Shown one piece after another: positions 57,872 to 64,000 of a DNA stretch of 64,000 bases. The notes under the pieces were generated by a model that saw only the letters and a list, made by a program, of their open reading frames with translations, was not told where the DNA came from and did no database searches. Made by a program: the position numbers and the translations under genes. The DNA comes from Candidatus Sericytochromatia bacterium (GTDB lineage Bacteria; Cyanobacteriota; Sericytochromatia; S15B-MN24; UBA4093): NCBI GenBank assembly GCA_036676985.1, contig JAKFBU010000038.1, positions 172,468 through 236,467 on the forward strand, in the 5' to 3' direction. The stretch's first letter is position 1. Every line of letters begins with the position of its first letter.

Positions 57872-58888
57872 CTATTGCAGGTGCAGGATCGAGATGAGGC
57901 ACCAGTAGATGACGTAGGCCAGCACGGCGGTGATGGGGATCGTCACGAGCCACGCGGCGAGCATGTTACCCGCCACGCCCCAGCGCACGGCGCTGAAGCG
58001 GCGCGTGGAGCCCACGCCCATGATCGAGCCCGCGGCCACGTGGGTGGTGCTGACGGGCAGGCCGAAGTGGCTCGCGGTGGTGATGACGAAGGCCGAGGTC
58101 ATGTCGGCGCCGAACCCCTGGATGGGCTGGAGCTTCACGATCTTGCTGCCCATGGTCTTGATGATCTTCCAGCCGCCCGACGCCGTGCCCAGGCCCATGG
58201 CCGTGGCGCATGCCACCATGACCCAGACGGGCACCGTGAAGTCGTCGAGCATCCCGGCCGAGATGAGGGCCATGGTGATGATGCCCATGGCCTTCTGGGC
58301 GTCGTTGGAGCCGTGGCTGAAGCTGATGAAGGCCGCCGCGAAGATCTGGCCGAAGCGGAAGATGTCCCGGACCTGGTGCGGCAGGAAGCGCCTGAAGACC
58401 CAATAGAGCCCCGTCACCAGGCTGAACGCGAGGACGAAGCCCAGGATCGGAGAGAAGACCAGGCTCTGGACGATGGCCGAGAAGCTCTTGGGCCCGAGCC
58501 AGTGGACGGCATGGAAGCCGTGCCCCGCGACCCCCGCCCCGACGATGCCCCCGATGAGGGCATGGGACGAGCTGCTGGGCAGGCCCCAGTACCAGGTGAT
58601 GAGGTTCCATGCGATGGCCGAGACCAAGGCCGCGACGACCAGCGGCTGCGTGACGTTGACCGGATCGATGATGCCCTTGCCGATGGTCTTGGCCACCGCG
58701 GTGCCGATGGTGATGGCCCCGACGAAGTTGAGGATGGCCGCCATCATGATGGCCCGGCGCGGGCTCAGGACGCCCGTCGAGACCGAGGCGGCGATCGCGT
58801 TGGCCGTGTCGTGGAAGCCGTTGATGAAGTCGAAGGCCAGCGCCAGGAAGATGACGACGACCAGGAGCGCGATGGTGACCTCAGGCAT
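57872..58888 (-). CDS. Inorganic phosphate transporter, PiT family
   Basis: NGFHDTANAIA, GLPSSSSHALIGG, HGSNDAQK, PVSTTH. Confidence 0.95.
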   Translation of the reverse strand: MPEVTIALLVVVIFLALAFDFINGFHDTANAIAASVSTGVLSPRRAIMMAAILNFVGAITIGTAVAKTIGKGIIDPVNVTQPLVVAALVSAIAWNLITWYWGLPSSSSHALIGGIVGAGVAGHGFHAVHWLGPKSFSAIVQSLVFSPILGFVLAFSLVTGLYWVFRRFLPHQVRDIFRFGQIFAAAFISFSHGSNDAQKAMGIITMALISAGMLDDFTVPVWVMVACATAMGLGTASGGWKIIKTMGSKIVKLQPIQGFGADMTSAFVITTASHFGLPVSTTHVAAGSIMGVGSTRRFSAVRWGVAGNMLAAWLVTIPITAVLAYVIYWCLISILHLQ

Positions 58889-59516
58889 TCTTGATCACCA
58901 CGCCATGCAAGCGGTCGGCCACGTCCTCCGTGAAGTCGATGGCCTCTTCGAGCACGTTGTAGAGTTCCTTCCACTTGATGACCTCGAGGACGGCCTGGGG
59001 CGTGTCGCCCGGGTCCTCGAACAGCTTCTCGAGCGCGGCGCGCGAGAGCTGGTCGCCTTCGTTCTCGAGGCGGTTGATCTCGATGGTGTGATCGAGGATC
59101 TCCTTCATGCGCTTGGGGTGGCGCAGGAGGCCCATGGCCGCGTGGATCTCCTCGCAGCAGCGCACCAGGATGCGCACCAAGGAGAGGGTCATGGACGTGG
59201 GCTTGTCGATCTTGTAGAGCAGGAAGCGATCCGCCACCAGCTCGATGGAGTCGACGATGTCGTCCAGCGCGAAGGCCAGCGAGTGGATGTCCTCGCGGTC
59301 GATGGGCGTGACGAAGGTCCTGTTGAGCTTGTCCATGATCTGGTGGGTGATGCGATCACCCGCGTGCTCGGTGTCGCGGATCTTCTGGAAGCGCTCGGGC
59401 AGGTTGCGGTAGTCCTCGACCATGTCGCGCAGGAGGCGCGCCGTGTCGATGACGTTCTTGGCAGAGGCCTCGAGGAGGTCGAAGAAGGTCTCCTCACGAG
59501 GGATCAGGCTAATCAT
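58881..59516 (-). CDS. DUF47 (PhoU-like) phosphate transport regulator
   Basis: EHAGD, TFVTPIDREDI, ENEGD. Overlaps pit. Confidence 0.92.
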   Translation of the reverse strand: MISLIPREETFFDLLEASAKNVIDTARLLRDMVEDYRNLPERFQKIRDTEHAGDRITHQIMDKLNRTFVTPIDREDIHSLAFALDDIVDSIELVADRFLLYKIDKPTSMTLSLVRILVRCCEEIHAAMGLLRHPKRMKEILDHTIEINRLENEGDQLSRAALEKLFEDPGDTPQAVLEVIKWKELYNVLEEAIDFTEDVADRLHGVVIKNA

Positions 59517-59533
59517 GGGAAAAAGGTCGCTCC

Positions 59534-60961
59534 TTATGCAAGCGGCGCGAGCTGCAGTGCCGTGAGCAGCGCCTGCGCCTTATTCAGCGTTTCCTGATAC
59601 TCGTTCTCCGGGATGGAATCGGCGACGATGCCGGCCCCCGCCTGAACGGTCACTTGGCCATCCTTCACGACCATCGTGCGGATGGTGATACCGGTGTTGA
59701 TGGATCCGTCGTACCCGAGCACCCCGACCGCCCCCGCGTACGGGCCGCGCTTGGTGGGCTCGAGCTCGGCGATGAGCTGCATGGCGCGGATCTTGGGGGC
59801 TCCCGAGACCGTGCCTGCTGGAAAGCATGCCGCAAGGAGGTCCAGCCCGTCGAGACCCTCTCGCAACGATCCCGACACGTTCGATGTCATATGCAGCACG
59901 TGCGAGTACCGCTCGATGGCCATGAGGTCCTGCACTCGCACCGATCCGGGCTCGCAGACGCGACCTAGGTCGTTGCGCCCGAGGTCCACGAGCATGACGT
60001 GCTCGGCGCGCTCCTTGGGGTCGTTCAGCAGGTCGGATCCGAGCTCCGCGTCGGGGACCTCCCCGCGGCGGCGCGTGCCGGCGATGGGGCGCACGGTGGC
60101 TTCCTTGCCGTCCAGGCGCACCATGACCTCGGGGCTCGAACCGACGAGCTGGAAGTCGCCCCAGTTCACGAAGAACATGTAGGGGCTCGGGTTGATGGTG
60201 CGCAGGATTCGATAGAGGGTGAAGGGGTCGCCCAGGTAGGGGGCGCTGAGGCGCTGGGAGCCGACGAGCTGGAAGATGTCGCCGGCCTTGATGTGCTCCT
60301 TGGCGCGCTCGACGAGGTCGCAGTAGGCCGCGCGGGTCATGTTGGCCGTCACGTCCAGGGGCGGCCGGTGCTCGGAGAGCTCGATGGGCTCGGCCGACAG
60401 CGGAGCCCGCAGGCGCTCGATCCACTCGAGGATGAGCCGGCAGCCGTCCAGGTAGGCCGCGTCTGGGTCGGATCCCGGGCGGACGTTGGCGATGACGCGG
60501 ATGGTCCGGCGGGCGTGGTCGAAGGCCACCAGGCCCTTGGTCCACATGAAGGCGGCGTCCGGCAGGCCCATGTCGTCCAGGGCCGCTTCGGGAATGGACG
60601 GCTCGAGCCGGCGGACGGTCTCGTAGCCCCAGTAGCCCATCGCACCGCCCGAGAAGGGGGGGAGGTCCTCTGCAGGTGGCGGATGGAACCGATCCATGGC
60701 CCGGCGCAGGACCTGCCAGACATCTTCCCGAGGGCCCACGCGAACCAGCTCGAGGGGCTCGCACCCGATGAACGAGTAGCGGCCCAGCCGATCGCCCTGC
60801 TCGACGCTCTCCAGGAGGAAGGCCGGCGCCATGTGGCGCGTGACCTTCAAGAAGGCGGAGACGGGCGTCTCGAGATCGGCGCTGATCTCGGCGGAAAGGG
60901 GGATTGGATCGAACTCGCGGGCCAGGGCACGAAAGGCTTCGAGACTGGGGGTGACCTTCAT
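59534..60961 (-). CDS. trpE: Anthranilate synthase component I
   Basis: ADLETPVS, LLESVE, NPSPYM, PIAGTR, AEHVMLVDLGRND, FPAGTVSGAPK. Confidence 0.92.
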   Translation of the reverse strand: MKVTPSLEAFRALAREFDPIPLSAEISADLETPVSAFLKVTRHMAPAFLLESVEQGDRLGRYSFIGCEPLELVRVGPREDVWQVLRRAMDRFHPPPAEDLPPFSGGAMGYWGYETVRRLEPSIPEAALDDMGLPDAAFMWTKGLVAFDHARRTIRVIANVRPGSDPDAAYLDGCRLILEWIERLRAPLSAEPIELSEHRPPLDVTANMTRAAYCDLVERAKEHIKAGDIFQLVGSQRLSAPYLGDPFTLYRILRTINPSPYMFFVNWGDFQLVGSSPEVMVRLDGKEATVRPIAGTRRRGEVPDAELGSDLLNDPKERAEHVMLVDLGRNDLGRVCEPGSVRVQDLMAIERYSHVLHMTSNVSGSLREGLDGLDLLAACFPAGTVSGAPKIRAMQLIAELEPTKRGPYAGAVGVLGYDGSINTGITIRTMVVKDGQVTVQAGAGIVADSIPENEYQETLNKAQALLTALQLAPLA

Positions 60962-61096
60962 GGCGGGGAGGGGGCCTCGCTTTCTTGCACGCTATTGTAG
61001 CGTAGCCCCCGCTCAAACGCCAATGGCACAGAACGCGCGGTTTGCGGGCTTCACATCCCTTAGCAATTAAGGGTCTCGGGCCTCTTTTCCGGTACA

Positions 61097-61999
61097 ATGT
61101 CCCTCATGGCAATCGAGCGACCGCGCCTGACCGTCCTCATGAACCCCGTCTCGGGCCCCACGCGCACGCGCGGGGCCGAATGGGACTGGGTCCAGCCCGA
61201 GGCCGAGGCGGCCGGCTGGCGGACCGAGGTGCGCGTGAGCGAGGCGCCGGGCGACATCGAGCGCCTCGCCCGCGAGGCCGTCGCGAGCGGGATCCGTCGC
61301 CTGGTGGTGGTCGGCGGCGACGGCTCCATCAACGAGGCCTTGCAGGCGGTGGTGGGCACCGACGTCGAGCTGGGCATCGTGCCGGCCGGCACGAGCAACA
61401 TCCTCGCCAACGAGATCGGCGTGCCGGAGGACTTCCGGGAGGCGGCCAGGCTCGCCTTCACGGGCCGGGCGCTGGCCATGGACGTGGGCAAGGCCAACGA
61501 GCGCTTCTTCGCGTTGATGCTGGGCATCGGCTACGACGTCTCGACCATCGAGGTCATGTGGCCCCAGCTCAAGCGCTTGATGGGCCAGGTGGCCTATACG
61601 GTCGCCGGCTTCCAGTCGTTTGTCCGGCATCGCGCCGTACGGACCCGCGTCGAGGTCGATGGACGCCGCGTCCGACGCCTCGTCTACTTCTTGGTGGTCG
61701 CCAACACGCGGCTCTACGGGATGGCCAACACGACGGTCGCCGAGCACGCGGACATCCGGGACGGCCTCTTCGACGTGGTCATCATCCGGGCCCGGGCGTG
61801 GTACCACGTGATCTCCTCCATGGCCCGCATTTTCTTCCGGATCAAGAGTCCCTTCGAGAAGGTGGAGACCATCCGCGGCCGCGAGGTGACCATCCGCTCG
61901 TCCCGCAAGGTGAAGTATCAGCTGGACGGGGACCCGGCGGGGACCCTGCCGGTGCGGGTGACCATGTTGCCCAAGGCCCTGCGGATCATCGCCCCCTAA
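61097..61999 (+). CDS. Diacylglycerol/lipid kinase family protein
   Basis: NPVSG, GGDGSINE, PAGTSN, QLDGD. Confidence 0.92.
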   Translation: MSLMAIERPRLTVLMNPVSGPTRTRGAEWDWVQPEAEAAGWRTEVRVSEAPGDIERLAREAVASGIRRLVVVGGDGSINEALQAVVGTDVELGIVPAGTSNILANEIGVPEDFREAARLAFTGRALAMDVGKANERFFALMLGIGYDVSTIEVMWPQLKRLMGQVAYTVAGFQSFVRHRAVRTRVEVDGRRVRRLVYFLVVANTRLYGMANTTVAEHADIRDGLFDVVIIRARAWYHVISSMARIFFRIKSPFEKVETIRGREVTIRSSRKVKYQLDGDPAGTLPVRVTMLPKALRIIAP

Positions 62000-62096
62000 A
62001 CTTCACGATCCGCAACGAAACGCGCCGCTCTCCGGTGCTATCATGGAGACGCTCGATTGGCCCCTGGACGAGGGGCCGTTTTCCTGAGAGGGTCCT

Positions 62097-62777
62097 ATGC
62101 AGGTTGCATCGAAGCCGATGGTCATCGTGATCGCGGGGAATATCGGCTGCGGCAAGTCGTCGCTCTCCCGTTGGCTGGCGGACAAGCTCAACTACGTGCC
62201 CTGGTACGAGTCGGTGGACGACAACCCTTACCTCGACGACTTCTACCATGACATGCACAAGTGGAGCTTCCACCTGCAGGTCTACTTCCTCTCGACCCGC
62301 ATCGAGACCTACCGCCGGGTCATCGCGAGCGGCCGTCCCGCCATCCTGGACCGCTCCATCTTCGAGGACGCCGCGATCTTCGCGAAGAACGCCCACGAGA
62401 CGGGTCTCATGACCGATCGGGACTTCGGCACCTACCAGCGCATCTACGACGGCATCATCCCCTCGTGCCCGCCTCCGGACCTGCTCATCTACCTGCAGGC
62501 CTCGGTGCCCACGCTGATGCGGCGCATCGCTCTGCGGGGGCGCGACTACGAGCAGAGCATCCCGCGCGAGTACCTGTCGCAGCTCAACGTCCTCTACGAG
62601 GACTGGATCCGGGACTTCAACCTCTGCCCCAAGCTGGTGCTGCCGGCGGACGACCTGGACTTCGTCAACTCGTACCACGACTTCGGCTACATCCTCGACA
62701 TGATCGAGACCATGCGCCAGGCGCCGGAGCAGCCGCTGTTGCCCGGACTGGGCTTGCGTGGGGCCGTATCGGTCTAG
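62097..62777 (+). CDS. Deoxynucleoside kinase
   Basis: GNIGCGKSS, DRSIFED, PDLLIYL, RGRDYE. Confidence 0.93.
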   Translation: MQVASKPMVIVIAGNIGCGKSSLSRWLADKLNYVPWYESVDDNPYLDDFYHDMHKWSFHLQVYFLSTRIETYRRVIASGRPAILDRSIFEDAAIFAKNAHETGLMTDRDFGTYQRIYDGIIPSCPPPDLLIYLQASVPTLMRRIALRGRDYEQSIPREYLSQLNVLYEDWIRDFNLCPKLVLPADDLDFVNSYHDFGYILDMIETMRQAPEQPLLPGLGLRGAVSV

Positions 62778-62872
62778 CCAGCGCCGCAAGGTAGAGGCCC
62801 CTTCCCGTCCTGTTCGGGAGGGGCATTTGTCTGTCGTTGGGTCTCGGGGTAGCGCTGCAAGATGTGGAGTTG

Positions 62873-62953
62873 CCGTCACCCCCGCGAAAGCCGGGGGCCA
62901 GGGCATACGCCCGGGAAGCCTACCCTGGATCCCGGCGTTCGCCGGGATGACGG
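62873..62953. repeat. 81-bp palindromic element (family 2), copy 2, inverted relative to copy 1
   Basis: Its reverse complement differs from 31449..31529 at 9 of 81 positions by manual alignment. Confidence 0.85.
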
Positions 62954-62982
62954 ACCTTAGCAAGACGACGTGGGCTGCCACG

Positions 62983-63013
62983 AAAAAAGAGCCAGGCATT
63001 ATGCCTGGCTCTT
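62983..63013 (-). terminator. Intrinsic terminator
   Basis: AAGAGCCAGGCAT-T-ATGCCTGGCTCTT with a T-tract on the minus strand. Confidence 0.7.
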
Positions 63014-63033
63014 CGAGGTGTCTGGTTTGTTGC

Positions 63034-63156
63034 CTAGGGAGCGTAGCTCATCGCGACGGCAATGATGGCCGAGAGGATGATGGTCCCGACGATCACCCAG
63101 GTGATTTCCCGGTTGACGTTCGGGTCGAGGCTGTAGAGCTCTTCAGGCTTCGCCAT
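63034..63156 (-). CDS. 40-aa single-TM small protein (not in the ORF track)
   Basis: MAKPEELYSLDPNVNREITWVIVGTIILSAIIAVAMSYAP. Starts 4 bp after the upstream stop and is followed by a terminator. Confidence 0.65.
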   Translation of the reverse strand: MAKPEELYSLDPNVNREITWVIVGTIILSAIIAVAMSYAP

Positions 63157-63160
63157 CGTC

Positions 63161-63373
63161 CTAGCCCTGGAAGGGGACCTTGGGGGCGCGGGGCTTGCGG
63201 TAGCGCACGGGGGTCATGCCGTGCATCTCACCGGCGCCGAACAGCGCGAAGTCGGGCTGGAAGCTTTCCGAGGAGATGGTCCCCGAGGTGTTGCCGGCTT
63301 GCCACATGGCAATCGCCTTGTTGACGGTCAGGCCCGAAGGCAGCGGAGCGGTACCGATGGCTTCCATCTTCAT
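63161..63373 (-). CDS. Small hypothetical protein (70 aa)
   Basis: GGAGGA RBS before MKMEAIG, good codon bias. Confidence 0.6.
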   Translation of the reverse strand: MKMEAIGTAPLPSGLTVNKAIAMWQAGNTSGTISSESFQPDFALFGAGEMHGMTPVRYRKPRAPKVPFQG

Positions 63374-63657
63374 TCCTCCATAGTCGGGTGTCGGCTTGGT
63401 GGACCACGTTTGGGGCAACGAGAACCTCTGTTAAGAGGACCTTATCACACTTGCTCCACGTCTCCAAGTGGTATTTAGCTTTCTGTTAAAAAAACTTTCG
63501 TCCCGGCCGACTCCGCGGGCTCGTTCGATCCCCTGGAAAGCAAGCTGCTGACGCGATCAGGGGGCAATGAAGATTTTCATCGCCCCCTGGGAACAGTATC
63601 TTAAATTTCGGTTAGATGAGCGGTCCTACGGGGACCACTCCGGGCTTACCCTGTCCT

Positions 63658-64000
63658 TTACCGAGCTGCCGTCAGCTTGGGGGCCTGGGCCCGATCGATG
63701 TGGATGCTGATCTGGGGGGCCCTGGTGGTGGGTTGACCGTCCTTGAAGAAGGCGACGGCCTCCAAGAGCCCCGCCGCCTGTCCCTGCAACTCGGTGGCGG
63801 ACTGGGCGATGAGCGTCGTGGCGCTCGCCGCCTCGCGGGCCGAGCGGTTCATGCTCTCGACGGCCTTGACCACCTGGTCGGCGCCCTTCTTCTGCTCGAC
63901 GGTGGCGCCTGAGACCTGCTGGGTCATGCGGTTCATGCCGTCGACGGCCTGCAGGATCTGCTCGGAGCCACGGGCCTGCTCGCGGGTGGCGCCGTTGACC
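63658..64000 (-). CDS. Methyl-accepting chemotaxis protein, C-terminal part
   Basis: Repeated ATxEQxxGxxQ heptads ending in ELQGQAAGLLEAVAFFK. Confidence 0.85.
   Translation of the reverse strand, partial: VNGATREQARGSEQILQAVDGMNRMTQQVSGATVEQKKGADQVVKAVESMNRSAREAASATTLIAQSATELQGQAAGLLEAVAFFKDGQPTTRAPQISIHIDRAQAPKLTAAR

Overview
High-GC diderm bacterial chromosome segment (it carries LptC/A/B plus a single LptF/G permease). Gene content and style suggest a non-photosynthetic relative of Cyanobacteria such as Sericytochromatia, but that is a low-confidence inference. The first 10.4 kb is a tandemly repeated minus-strand cassette of uncharacterised lipoproteins, NHL-propeller lipoproteins and outer-membrane beta-barrels. 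Its motif layout suggests a lipoprotein-derived, donor-strand-assembled surface fibre analogous to type V pili. The rest contains a yng/liu-like acyl-CoA carboxylase/HMG-CoA lyase cluster, a GH-A lipoprotein, lpt-ahcY, a di-haem peroxidase, glnA, signalling proteins, tadA with tRNA-Ser(CGA), gatAB, pit, trpE and kinases. The ORF track truncates a ferredoxin-thioredoxin-reductase-like gene at an in-frame TGA. That TGA sits at the catalytic Cys position (D-H-U-M-I-F) and is followed by a SECIS-like hairpin, so the gene is a probable selenoprotein. Two families of small palindromic intergenic elements are present. No CRISPR array, rRNA or transposase was seen. All calls come from reading motifs by eye; no database searches were run.
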